DNA of 64,000 bases from Solirubrobacteraceae bacterium (lineage in GTDB: Bacteria; Actinomycetota; Thermoleophilia; Solirubrobacterales; Solirubrobacteraceae), in the NCBI GenBank assembly GCA_034664565.1, contig JAXDHJ010000045.1:22816-86815 (forward strand), in the 5' to 3' direction. Below the pieces are notes generated by a model that saw only the letters and a list, made by a program, of their open reading frames with translations, was not told where the DNA came from and ran no database searches. The first letter of the stretch is position 1. Each line of letters opens with the position of its first letter. Both the position numbers and the translations under genes were made by a program. Shown here one piece after another: positions 16,913-25,824 of this stretch.

Positions 16913-18478
16913 TCAGGGCCCGGTGGTGGCGGCGAGAGCGTCCCGGACGAGCATCCCGTCGGGGCTTCCGAGGCCGGTGCACGCATCCCAGCCGGGTCCT
17001 GCCCTGTAGGCGCCGTTGCTGCCGCTGACCACATCGTGGAAGGCGGCCGGTCGAGCGTAGAGGACCGGATGGATGAAGCCGGCCGGCCGTCCGAGGTCGC
17101 TGTTGATCAGGGCGATGAGGGCCGACCAGAGCGGAGCGACGGCGCTCGTCCCGCCGAAGGTCTGGGTCGTCCCGCCGAGGACGATCTCGTAGCCGGTGGC
17201 CGGATCGGCGTCCCCGGCGACGTCGGGGACGCCGCGGCCGACGTGGCCGCCGGGGTTGGCCGAGGGGGGGACCCCGGCGGCGGTCTGGTAGCTGGGCACG
17301 GGGAAGGCGTCGCTCACCCCGCCGCCGGTCGCGCCCCCGGTGGCCGAGTCCCAGACCGCCTCGTTGGAGATCTTCCCGCCGGACTCCTCGAGCGTGGTCC
17401 CGCCGCAGCCGACGGCGTGGGGGCTCGAGGACGGGAAGTCGACGTGGGCGAGCCCGTCGGCGACGTTGTCGCCGGAGCCGTTGTCGCCCGAGGCGGCGAA
17501 GACGGTCACGCCGAGGAGGAGCGCCGCCTGGAAGGCCTGATCCATCTGCTGCATGGTCGCGGCCGACCAGCCCGACTCGGCCTGACCCCAGCTGATCGAC
17601 ATCACCGACGGCGCGTTCGCCTTGTCGTGGGCGGCGGTGGTCACCGCGTCGATGAACCCCTGGTCGGTGTTCGGCGCGAAGTAGACGGCGATCCGGGCGC
17701 CGGGGGCGAGGGCGCCGATCACCTCGATGTCGAGCGCGACCTCGCCGTCGGCCGGATCTCCCGGCTTGTTGGCGGCGCCGTCGACGCCGACCGAGACGAC
17801 GGTGGGTGGGGTGATCCCGTTGTCGGCGAAGAACTTCTGGAGGTCGCTTTCGGTGTAGCCGCCGCCGAGCTCGATGATGGCGACGCACTGACCGGCCCCG
17901 GTCGCGGTGGTCGGGAAGTTGTAGGCCTTGCCGATCTCCACCGGGCTGTGCCCGGTGCCGGTCGCCCCCGGCCTCGCGGCCAGCGTGCGGAACTGGGGGC
18001 GCGCGAGGGGGCGGTCGTCGAGGCCGTGGACGCTGAGGATGACGCCGCCGAGCTCGGCCGGCACGGTGATCGCTCCGTCGAACCCACGATAGGAGCCGTC
18101 GTCGAAGTCGAAGGTGGCCAGCTCCACGTCGAACGCCTGGCGCATGGCGGCGGCCGGGCCGCCGAGGACGACGACGCGGCGGGCCGCGTCGCTGCGCTCG
18201 ACGCGGAGGCCGTGGGCGGCGGCGAAGGTGGCGACGGTGGCCAGATCCTCGGCGCGGGAGCCGAAGCGGGCGGCGAACTCGTCGCGGGTGAATGCCGCCC
18301 CCGGCGCCAGCTCGCCGACCAGCTCGGGGGTGATCGGCTCGGCGGGACGGAGGTAGACGCTGATCGAGAGGTCGGTCGACGGATCGGTCGGCTGGCGCCG
18401 GCGGGCCCCGGACAGCGGCGTGAGCTCACTGCCGGCGATGCGAACGCGGCTGGCGGCTGGCTGGTTGGGGTCAGGCAT
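16913..18478 (-). CDS. S53 (sedolisin/kumamolisin-like) serine-carboxyl peptidase with pro-domain
   Basis: Pro-kumamolisin-type activation region, VAIIELGGGY, EVALDIEV, ASGDNGSGD and GGTSAVAPLWSALIAL (catalytic Ser). Start is set at ATG 18478, preceded by GAGGAG. Confidence 0.85.
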   Translation of the reverse strand: MPDPNQPAASRVRIAGSELTPLSGARRRQPTDPSTDLSISVYLRPAEPITPELVGELAPGAAFTRDEFAARFGSRAEDLATVATFAAAHGLRVERSDAARRVVVLGGPAAAMRQAFDVELATFDFDDGSYRGFDGAITVPAELGGVILSVHGLDDRPLARPQFRTLAARPGATGTGHSPVEIGKAYNFPTTATGAGQCVAIIELGGGYTESDLQKFFADNGITPPTVVSVGVDGAANKPGDPADGEVALDIEVIGALAPGARIAVYFAPNTDQGFIDAVTTAAHDKANAPSVMSISWGQAESGWSAATMQQMDQAFQAALLLGVTVFAASGDNGSGDNVADGLAHVDFPSSSPHAVGCGGTTLEESGGKISNEAVWDSATGGATGGGVSDAFPVPSYQTAAGVPPSANPGGHVGRGVPDVAGDADPATGYEIVLGGTTQTFGGTSAVAPLWSALIALINSDLGRPAGFIHPVLYARPAAFHDVVSGSNGAYRAGPGWDACTGLGSPDGMLVRDALAATTGP

Positions 18479-18571
18479 GGGAGCTCCTCGACGCGGGTTG
18501 ACCGGGGTGTGAGGATGATGACGCAACACCGCCCGGCCGTGTGGGCCCCGGCCGACCCAGGTGGTGGTCCG

Positions 18572-19654
18572 CTACTGGAGCAGTCCGGCCAGGACCTCGA
18601 GGAAGCGGGCGTTCTCGGTCGGCGTGCCGTAGCTGACGCGCAGGGCGCCGGCCTTGCCGAGGGCCGCGCCGGCGCGGACGAGGACGCCCTGGTCGGCGAG
18701 CCCGCGGACGATCGTCGCCTCGTCGCGCTCCTCGCCGAGATCGAACCAGCAGAAGTTGGCCTGAGAGTCGGCGGCTTTGAGTCCGAGCTCGGCCAGCCGG
18801 TGGTCGAGCTCGAACCGGGCCACCACGGCGCGCTCGACCCGGGCGGTGACCGCGTCCTGGTGATCGAGGGCGGCGATGGCCGCCGCCTGGGCGGCGGCGT
18901 TGCAGAAGAAGGGCTGGCGCACCCGGTTGACGGCATCGGGGAGCTCGCGCGAGCCGCACAGGGCGAAGCCGACCCGCAGGCCGCAGAGGCCGTGGACCTT
19001 GGAGAAGGTGCGCAGGAGGACGAGGTTGGGATGGCGGGCGAGCAGCGCGATCGACTCGTCGGGGTCGGCCAGGAGGTTGAACTCGCAGTAGGCCTCGTCG
19101 ACGATCACGCAGATGTGAGGCGGTACGCCGGCGAGGAAGCGGGCGATCTCCTCGAGCTCGATCGCCGTGCTCGTCGGGTTGTTCGGGTTGCAGACGATGA
19201 CCAGGCGGGTGGCCGCGGTGATCTCCACCGCCATGGCGGACAGGTCGTGGCGCTCGCCGGCGTCGAGGGCGACCTCGATCGACCGGGCGCCGGAGGCGGC
19301 GCCGAGGTGGGGGTAGACCGAGAACGAGGGCCAGGCGTAGATCAGCTCAGCCCCGGGCTCGAGCAGGGCGACGCCGGCCGCGAAGAGGATGTCGCACGAG
19401 CCGTTGCCCACGGCGATCCGCTCGGCCGGGACCCCGTAGCGGTCGGCCAGCCGGGCGCGCAGGGCCCCGTTGGTCGGATCCGGGTAGCGGTTGAGGCCGC
19501 CGAGGGCGGCGGAGATCGCCTCGATCACGGCCGGAAGCGGCGGGTAGGGCGACTCGTTGCTGGCCAGGCGCACCAGCGGCCCGCGCCGGGCGTAGCCTTC
19601 GGCCGCGGGGTATTGCGGCATGCGGGCGAGGACCTGGGAGAACTCGAGGGCCAT
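18572..19654 (-). CDS. hisC: histidinol-phosphate/aromatic aminotransferase (class II PLP)
   Basis: LASNESPYPP, NPNNPT and TFSKVHGLCGLRVGF (PLP lysine). It sits in an aromatic amino-acid gene cluster. Confidence 0.88.
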   Translation of the reverse strand: MALEFSQVLARMPQYPAAEGYARRGPLVRLASNESPYPPLPAVIEAISAALGGLNRYPDPTNGALRARLADRYGVPAERIAVGNGSCDILFAAGVALLEPGAELIYAWPSFSVYPHLGAASGARSIEVALDAGERHDLSAMAVEITAATRLVIVCNPNNPTSTAIELEEIARFLAGVPPHICVIVDEAYCEFNLLADPDESIALLARHPNLVLLRTFSKVHGLCGLRVGFALCGSRELPDAVNRVRQPFFCNAAAQAAAIAALDHQDAVTARVERAVVARFELDHRLAELGLKAADSQANFCWFDLGEERDEATIVRGLADQGVLVRAGAALGKAGALRVSYGTPTENARFLEVLAGLLQ

Positions 19655-19658
19655 CGGC

Positions 19659-20030
19659 CTATTGTGCTGCCTCGAGGTCGGCCCGCAGCGACCGGGCCTC
19701 GCCGAGGTAGACGTGGCGGGCGACGTGGTCGGGGCCGGCGTAGTGGTGGATGAGCACCCGGATGACCCGCGGCAGGGACCCGGGGACGTCGATCTCCCGG
19801 GCGCAGAGCAGCGGCACCCGGGCGAAGCCGAGGCGCCGGGCGGCCACCGCCGGGAACTCGGCGTCGAGGTCGTTGGTGGCGGTGAAGATGCAGCTGACCA
19901 CCTCCTCGGGCACCAGGGAGTTGCGCTCGATCAGCTCGCGCATGAGCTCCTCGGTGGCCGCGAGGATGAGGTCGGTCTCGTTGGCCTCGACGCTGACCGC
20001 GCCGCGCAGGCCGAACAGGCGCTGGCTCAT
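19659..20030 (-). CDS. aroH: chorismate mutase, AroH class
   Basis: The 123-aa C-terminal part of track ORF 19659-20318 reads MSQRLFGLRGAV...SCIFTATNDLDAEFPA...REIDVPGSLPRVIRVLIH. Confidence 0.85.
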   Translation of the reverse strand: MSQRLFGLRGAVSVEANETDLILAATEELMRELIERNSLVPEEVVSCIFTATNDLDAEFPAVAARRLGFARVPLLCAREIDVPGSLPRVIRVLIHHYAGPDHVARHVYLGEARSLRADLEAAQ

Positions 20031-20216
20031 CGGGCCCCGGACGGACGGCGGACGCGGGCGGGGATGGCGGTCGAGGGGCGGCGCATGGGCGACGGCGGAG
20101 GTTAGCGGCGCGCCCGCTCCCAGCGCGCCCGCTCCCGGCCGCCGGCGGGCGAGGTGGCGGGGTCGGAGATCGCCGCCGCGGTCTCGAGCGTCCGGGCCGA
20201 TCCTGGCCAATCGTTC

Positions 20217-20261
20217 GATACAGACAGTGTGAGTGGCGCCGATGACACTGTGTGATACAGA
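20217..20261. promoter_or_regulatory. candidate operator or RNA hairpin in the aroH/hypothetical intergenic region
   Basis: A locally AT-richer patch. The direct repeat GATACAGA occurs at 20217 and 20254. It flanks the inverted repeat ACAGTGT (20224-20230) / ACACTGT (20245-20251). Confidence 0.35.
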
Positions 20262-20385
20262 AACGAGAGCCACGCCGTATCTATGGCTTCCTGCGCCACG
20301 GCCGGTTGCTGTGCTCACCCGGTGGCGCCCGGTCCGACCTCGAAGCGGGCCTGGCCGCGGACTGGCGGGCCCCGGCGGCCCGCGG

Positions 20386-20725
20386 GATGGACCACATCGG
20401 CCCCTGCTTCGATCCCACCGACCGGATGGGACTGGGCGGCGACGAGCACGGGACCGACGGCGACGAGGCCGGGCGCCGCTTCTTCGTCGACGACGGCGTC
20501 ACCCCGGCCGGCACCCACGTGACCGGTCTTCCCGGCCCCCGCCAGGAGCCGGCGGCCTACCAGCGCCAGGCGCCGGCGTGTTGGAGCGCGAAGCGCGAGG
20601 CCGCCGACTGGTCGCGCGAGCACGACGCGGGGCTGCTGGCGCGCGAGGAGCGCTTCGCCGCCGAGCGGGCACGGCTGCGCCTGGAAGTGCTGTTCGCCGC
20701 CAATACACACACCATCGGAAACTAA
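20386..20725 (+). CDS. hypothetical protein
   Basis: 112-aa ORF from ATG 20386 with very high GC3 and no recognisable motif. Its stop overlaps the rluB stop (convergent). Confidence 0.5.
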
Positions 20726-21453
20726 CTGGAGCGGCCACCGGCGCGGCCGGGGGTCACCGCTGCGGCGCGCAGCCGCTCGACCTCGGCCTCACTGAGGCGG
20801 CGGTGCTCGCCGACGGCGAGGCCGCCGAGCTCGAGCGGCCCGTAGGCGACGCGCTGGAGGACGAGGACGCGGTGGCCGACGGCCTCGCACATCCGTCGCA
20901 CCTGGCGCTTTCGGCCCTCGTGGATGACGAGCTCGATGACGTCGGGGGCGACCAGGCGGACCGCGGCCGGCGCGGTGGGTCCGTCGTCGAGCTCGACCCC
21001 CCGGGCCAGGGCCCGGAGGGTGGTGGCGGCCACGGGGCCGCCGGCCACCTTCGCCCGGTAGGTCTTGGGCACCTGGAAGCGGGGGTGCATGAGCAGGTTG
21101 GCGAGCTCGCCATCGTTGGTGAGGAGGATCAGCCCGGTGGTGTCGACGTCGAGGCGGCCGACCGGGTAGAGGCGGATGGCGCCGATCCCCAGGAGGTCGA
21201 CCACGGTGGGGCGGCCGTGGGTCTCGCGGGCGGTGGAGACCACGCCGGGCGGCTTGTGCAGGACGTAGACGGCGTGGGGCTCGGGTCCGCCGAGCAGGCG
21301 GCCGTCGAGGGCGATGGCCTCGTAGCCGCCGACCTCGCGCGCCGGATCGAGGGCGGGAGCGCCGTCGACGGTCACCCGGCCGGCGCGGACGATGGCCTCG
21401 GCCCCCCGGCGGGAGGCGACGCCGGCGTGGGCGAGGTACTTCCCGAGGCGCAC
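20722..21453 (-). CDS. rluB: pseudouridine synthase, RsuA/RluB family
   Basis: S4 domain (MRLGKYLAHAGVASRR) plus the catalytic motif GRLDVDTTGLILLTNDGE. Confidence 0.9.
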   Translation of the reverse strand: MRLGKYLAHAGVASRRGAEAIVRAGRVTVDGAPALDPAREVGGYEAIALDGRLLGGPEPHAVYVLHKPPGVVSTARETHGRPTVVDLLGIGAIRLYPVGRLDVDTTGLILLTNDGELANLLMHPRFQVPKTYRAKVAGGPVAATTLRALARGVELDDGPTAPAAVRLVAPDVIELVIHEGRKRQVRRMCEAVGHRVLVLQRVAYGPLELGGLAVGEHRRLSEAEVERLRAAAVTPGRAGGRSS

Positions 21454-21470
21454 GGTGCAACCATAGGCCG

Positions 21471-22463
21471 GTGGATCTGGAAAAGCTCGAGCGGACGCTC
21501 GGCGAGCTCGGGGAGCCCGCCTACCGCGCCGGCCAGGTGTGGGCGTGGACCGCCCGCGGGGTCGGGGGCTACGCGGAGATGACCGACCTCCCGAGCCGCC
21601 TGCGCCGCGAGCTCGAGGAGCTCGTCCCCTTCTCGACGCTCACCGTGGCCGCCGAGGCCCACTCGGCGGACGGCACGGTCAAGGCCCTCTTCCACACCGG
21701 CGACGGACGCCCGGTGGAGGCGGTGCTCATGCGCTTCGCCGACGGCCGGCGCTCGCTGTGCGTCTCCTCGCAGTCGGGGTGCCCGCTGACCTGCACCTTC
21801 TGCGCCACCGGCCAGATGCGCTTCGGGCGCAACCTGACGGCGTCGGAGATCCTCGATCAGGCCCTCCACTTCCGCCGGGGCGAGGCGGTCGACCACCTGG
21901 TGTTCATGGGCATGGGCGAGCCGGGTCTGAACATCGAGGCCGTGCTCGGCGCCTGCGCCCGGCTGCCGGCCCTCGGCATCACCCACCGCCGTACCACCGT
22001 CTCCACCGTGGGGTGGATCCCCGCCATCGAGCGCCTGACCGAGTCGGGGCTCCCGGTGCGCCTGGCCATCTCCCTGCACGCGCCGCAGGACGCCCTACGC
22101 TCCCGGCTCATGCCGGTCAACGATCGCTACCCGCTGGCCGACGTCATCGCCGCCGGCCGCGACCACTACGAGCGCACCCACCGCCGGGTGTTCGTGGAGT
22201 ACGTGATGCTGGCCGGGGTCAACGACGGGCCCGAACACGCGCTCGCCCTCGGCCGCCTGCTCGCCGGCCGGGCGTTCAAGGTCAACCTGATCCCCTACAA
22301 CCCGACCGAGTCGCCCTACCAGGCCTCGAGCCGGGCGACCATCGCCGCCTTCCGCGCCGTCATCGAGCAGGCCCGGATCCCGGTCACCGTGCGCCTGACC
22401 CGCGGGCGCGACATCGCCGCCGCCTGTGGCCAGCTGGCGGCCACGGCCACGGCGGCGGCGTAG
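21471..22463 (+). CDS. rlmN: 23S rRNA/tRNA (adenine-C2)-methyltransferase, radical SAM
   Basis: CVSSQSGCPLTCTFCATGQ (CxxxCxxC), MGMGEP and a C-terminal ACGQL cysteine. Confidence 0.94.
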   Translation: MDLEKLERTLGELGEPAYRAGQVWAWTARGVGGYAEMTDLPSRLRRELEELVPFSTLTVAAEAHSADGTVKALFHTGDGRPVEAVLMRFADGRRSLCVSSQSGCPLTCTFCATGQMRFGRNLTASEILDQALHFRRGEAVDHLVFMGMGEPGLNIEAVLGACARLPALGITHRRTTVSTVGWIPAIERLTESGLPVRLAISLHAPQDALRSRLMPVNDRYPLADVIAAGRDHYERTHRRVFVEYVMLAGVNDGPEHALALGRLLAGRAFKVNLIPYNPTESPYQASSRATIAAFRAVIEQARIPVTVRLTRGRDIAAACGQLAATATAAA

Positions 22464-23374
22464 TGGCGGTGCGGCGGACCGAGATCGATGTCCGGGGGCC
22501 GTTCTCGCTGGGCGCGGCCGCCGGCTTCGGGTTCGGACCGAACGAGGGTCGGCCGGCCCCGTTCGCGGGCACCATGCGCCTCGCCTTCGCGGTCGACGCC
22601 CCGGCGGGAGCGAGCGGCTACGCCGGGGTGGCGCTCCGCCAGGCGGTGGAGGACGGACCGCTGGAGGCGACCATCGAGCTCGACGGGGCCGAGGTGGAGC
22701 CGGGGGCGGTCGAGCGCCAGGTGGCGCGGATCCTCTCCCTCGACCACGACGGCAACGGCTTCCGGGCCGCCGGGGAGCGCGATCCCGTCCTCGGGCGCCT
22801 CCAGCAGGCCCACCCGGGGCAGCGCCCGGTGCTCTTCCACTCACCCTACGAGGCGGCCGCCTGGTCGGTGATCTCGGCCCGCCGCCGAGCCTCCCAGGCG
22901 GCGCCGGTGCGCCAGGCCATCGCCCGGGAGCTCGGCCGGATGTTCACCGTGGACGGGGAGACGGTCGCCGCCTTCCCCGGGCCCGACCGCCTGCTCGCCC
23001 TGGCGCCGGGGGCCGGACTCACGGCGGAGAAGGTCGAGCGCCTCCACGCCATCGCCCGGGCGGCGCTGGAGGGCGACCTCGGGGCCGAGCGCCTGCGGGG
23101 GCTGGGTTCCGAGCGCGCCTACGAGGACGTCCAGCGCCTGCCGGGGATCGGGCCGTTCTACGCGGGCCTGATCGTCCTGCGGGCCGCCGGCTTCACCGAC
23201 GCCATGCTCGAGCGACCCGAGCCCCGGGGCCTGGCCCACATCCGCCGCTACTACCGGCTCGAGGCGAGCGCCGGCCAGTCCGAGGTCATGGCCCTGGCCG
23301 AGCGCTGGCGCCCGTTTCGCACCTGGGCCCTCGTCCTCATTCGCCTCGCCGGGGACCGCGGGACCCCCCTCTAG
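22463..23374 (+). CDS. DNA-3-methyladenine glycosylase II-like (HhH-GPD family)
   Basis: The C-terminal 303 aa of track ORF 21539-23374 carry the helix-hairpin-helix LPGIGPFYAGLIVLRA and an AlkA-like layout. The GTG start overlaps the rlmN TAG. Confidence 0.75.
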   Translation: MAVRRTEIDVRGPFSLGAAAGFGFGPNEGRPAPFAGTMRLAFAVDAPAGASGYAGVALRQAVEDGPLEATIELDGAEVEPGAVERQVARILSLDHDGNGFRAAGERDPVLGRLQQAHPGQRPVLFHSPYEAAAWSVISARRRASQAAPVRQAIARELGRMFTVDGETVAAFPGPDRLLALAPGAGLTAEKVERLHAIARAALEGDLGAERLRGLGSERAYEDVQRLPGIGPFYAGLIVLRAAGFTDAMLERPEPRGLAHIRRYYRLEASAGQSEVMALAERWRPFRTWALVLIRLAGDRGTPL

Positions 23375-23961
23375 GAGGGCGCGGCCGGGCCGCCGGCGGC
23401 CCGGGCCTCGCCGGCGCGCAGGAGCCGGTCGCGGAGGGTGGCCTGCTCCTCGGGGGTCGGATCCCACTGGGCCACGTCGGGGAGATCGGCGGTCGACCCG
23501 AGGCCGAAGAGCTTGAGGAAGAGGGTGGTGGTGCGGTAGAGGACGGCCCCGAACTGCGAGCGCCCGCTCTCCTCGATCAGGCCCCGGTCGAGGAGGGTGG
23601 CCACCGGCGAGTCGGCGTCGACCCCCCGGATGCGGGCGATCTCCGGACGGGAGACCGGCTGGAGGTAGGCGGCGATGGACAGCGTCTCGAGCTGGGCCGG
23701 GGTGAGGCCGGCCAGCCGCGGCTTGGCCAGCAGGCGCCGGGCGGCGGGCTCGGCCAGGGGGTCGCTGGCCAGGGTCAGACCGCCGGCCACCTCGCGCAGG
23801 ACGAGGCCGCGCTCGCCGGGGGCGTAGGCCTGGCGCAGGGTGGCCACCGCCCGCTCGACGGCCTCCGGCGGCTCGTCGCTCACCTCGGCGAGCTCGCCGA
23901 GGGACACCGGCTCGCCGGAGAGGAAGAGCAGGGCCTCGATGATCCGGGCGAGCTCGTCCAT
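23371..23961 (-). CDS. scpB: segregation and condensation protein B
   Basis: IIEALLFLSGEPVSLGELAEV and winged-helix repeats, directly downstream of scpA. Confidence 0.9.
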   Translation of the reverse strand: MDELARIIEALLFLSGEPVSLGELAEVSDEPPEAVERAVATLRQAYAPGERGLVLREVAGGLTLASDPLAEPAARRLLAKPRLAGLTPAQLETLSIAAYLQPVSRPEIARIRGVDADSPVATLLDRGLIEESGRSQFGAVLYRTTTLFLKLFGLGSTADLPDVAQWDPTPEEQATLRDRLLRAGEARAAGGPAAPS

Positions 23962-24707
23962 CAGCGCCCGGCAGGCTCGGGGCCGGCGGCCCGGATGGTG
24001 ATGCCCCCGAAGGGCTCGCCTTGGGTCCAGCTCGCCTCGCCCTGCTTGTAGAGCTCGAGCAGGGCGAACAGGGTGACCGCCACCGTGATCCGGTCGGCCC
24101 CGCCGACCGCCTGGTCGAAGTCGATGCTCGCCGCGCCGCGCAGGAGCGCCCGCAGGTGGGCGATCCGCTCGGCCACCGTGACTCGGGGGTCGCCGAGGTG
24201 GCGGAGATCGAGCCGGGCCGGCTTGACCAGCAGGCCGCCGAGGGCGCGCCCCAGCGACACCGGGTTCCAGATCCCCTCCCGAGCCTCCTCGAGCGAGCGC
24301 CGGCGCAGGTGGACGGGGAGCGGCGCCTGGCGGTAGCGGACCTCGGGCTGGGCGGCCAGCATGTCCTCGAGGTGGGCGGCCGCCCCGCGATAGCGGCGGG
24401 CCTCGAGCATCCGGGCCAGGAGCTCCTCGGCGGCCTCGCCGGGCTCGAACTCCAGGAGCTCCTCCTCCTCGCCCGGGAGCATGAGGCGCGACTTGAGCTC
24501 GAGCAGGGCGGCGACGAGGACGATGAACTCGGTCGCCGCCTCGAGGTCGAGCTCGCCCCGGGCCTCGAGGTGGTCGAGGTAGCTGACCACCACCTCGGCG
24601 AGCTGGAGCTCGAGCAGGTCGACCACGTCGCGCAGGACGAGGGTCAGCAGCAGGTCGAAGGGCCCGCTGAACACCTCCAGATCGAGCTCGAGCTCGGCCA
24701 GCAGCAT
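23961..24707 (-). CDS. scpA: segregation and condensation protein A
   Basis: FSGPFDLLLTLV...ELKSRLMLP kleisin signature. Start is at ATG 24707, 12 nt after the trpS stop. Confidence 0.88.
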   Translation of the reverse strand: MLLAELELDLEVFSGPFDLLLTLVLRDVVDLLELQLAEVVVSYLDHLEARGELDLEAATEFIVLVAALLELKSRLMLPGEEEELLEFEPGEAAEELLARMLEARRYRGAAAHLEDMLAAQPEVRYRQAPLPVHLRRRSLEEAREGIWNPVSLGRALGGLLVKPARLDLRHLGDPRVTVAERIAHLRALLRGAASIDFDQAVGGADRITVAVTLFALLELYKQGEASWTQGEPFGGITIRAAGPEPAGR

Positions 24708-24718
24708 CCCGGCCAACG

Positions 24719-25723
24719 CTACCGGGGCGACCCGACGCCCATGGCCGCCCGGACCTCGGCCACCGTCCCGGCGGCGATGGCCCGGGCCCGGTCGGCGCCC
24801 TGGGCCAGCGTCGCCTCCAGGCCGGCCTCGTCCTCGCGCAGGGCCTGGTAGCGCTCGCGCACCGGAGCCAGGTGCTCGATCACCGCGGTGGCCACCGCCT
24901 CCTTGAAGTCGCCGTAGCGGGTGCCTTCGAACTCCTCCTCGATGTCCTGGGTGCTCACCCGGCGCACGGCGGCGAGGATCTCGATGAGGTTGCCGATGCC
25001 GGGCTTCTCCGGGGTGCGGCGCACCTCGGCGCCCGAGTCGGTGACCGCGCGCTTGAACTTCTTCTCGATCGCCGCCGGCTCGTCGAGGACGTAGACGGTG
25101 CCCTCGACGCTGGCGTTCGTGGTCGACATCTTGGCCCGCGGCATCTGGAGGTCCATGATCCGGGCCCCGACCTCGGGGATCCGGTGCTCGGGGACGACGA
25201 GCACCTCCCCGCCGGTGGCCGGGTGGGGGAAGCGGGCGTTGAAGCGCAGGGCGACGTCGCGGGTGAGCTCGAGGTGCTGGCGCTGGTCGTCGCCGACCGG
25301 GACCTCCTCGGCTCGGTAGGCGAGGACGTCGGCGGCCTGGAGGACCGGGTAGAGGAAGAGGCCGGCCGAGACCAGCTCGCGCTGGGCGGCCGACTTCTCC
25401 TTGAACTGAGTCATCCGGTTGAGGTCGCCATGGGGGGTGACGGCGGTGAGCAGCCAGGTCAGCTCGGTGTGCTCGCGGACGTCGCTCTGACGGAAGAGGA
25501 TGCAGCGGGCGGGGTCGAGGCCGGCGGCCAGGAGGATCGCCGTGGTGTCGTAGAGGCGGGCCCGGAGCTCGGCCGGCTCGAAGGCGACGGTGATGGCGTG
25601 GAGGTCGACGATGCAGTAGATCGCCTCGCCCCGGTCCTGGCCGGCGACGTACTGCTCGATGGCCCCGATGTAGTTGCCGAGGTGCTTGCGGCCGGTGGGC
25701 TGGATGCCGGAGAAGATGCGCAC
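24719..25723 (-). CDS. trpS: tryptophan--tRNA ligase
   Basis: MRIFSGIQPTGRKHLGNYIGA (HIGH region), KMSTT (KMSKS), GDDQRQH. Confidence 0.96.
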   Translation of the reverse strand: MRIFSGIQPTGRKHLGNYIGAIEQYVAGQDRGEAIYCIVDLHAITVAFEPAELRARLYDTTAILLAAGLDPARCILFRQSDVREHTELTWLLTAVTPHGDLNRMTQFKEKSAAQRELVSAGLFLYPVLQAADVLAYRAEEVPVGDDQRQHLELTRDVALRFNARFPHPATGGEVLVVPEHRIPEVGARIMDLQMPRAKMSTTNASVEGTVYVLDEPAAIEKKFKRAVTDSGAEVRRTPEKPGIGNLIEILAAVRRVSTQDIEEEFEGTRYGDFKEAVATAVIEHLAPVRERYQALREDEAGLEATLAQGADRARAIAAGTVAEVRAAMGVGSPR

Positions 25724-25824
25724 GGCGCCGAGGGTACTGCGCCGCCACGCTCAGCGCAGGCCGCGCGGGGTCGCCGGCTCGACCACCGCGAAGGTTGGCG
25801 CCTGCCGGGGCGGGCGGGGGGGCG

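Noticed and set aside
13153-19753. Long plus-strand ORFs 13153-14844, 14475-16766 and 16883-19753.
   Set aside because: All three are antisense to recognisable minus-strand genes (aroA, tyrA, DAHP synthase, S53 peptidase, hisC). Their translations are Gly/Arg/Asp/Pro-rich and motif-free.
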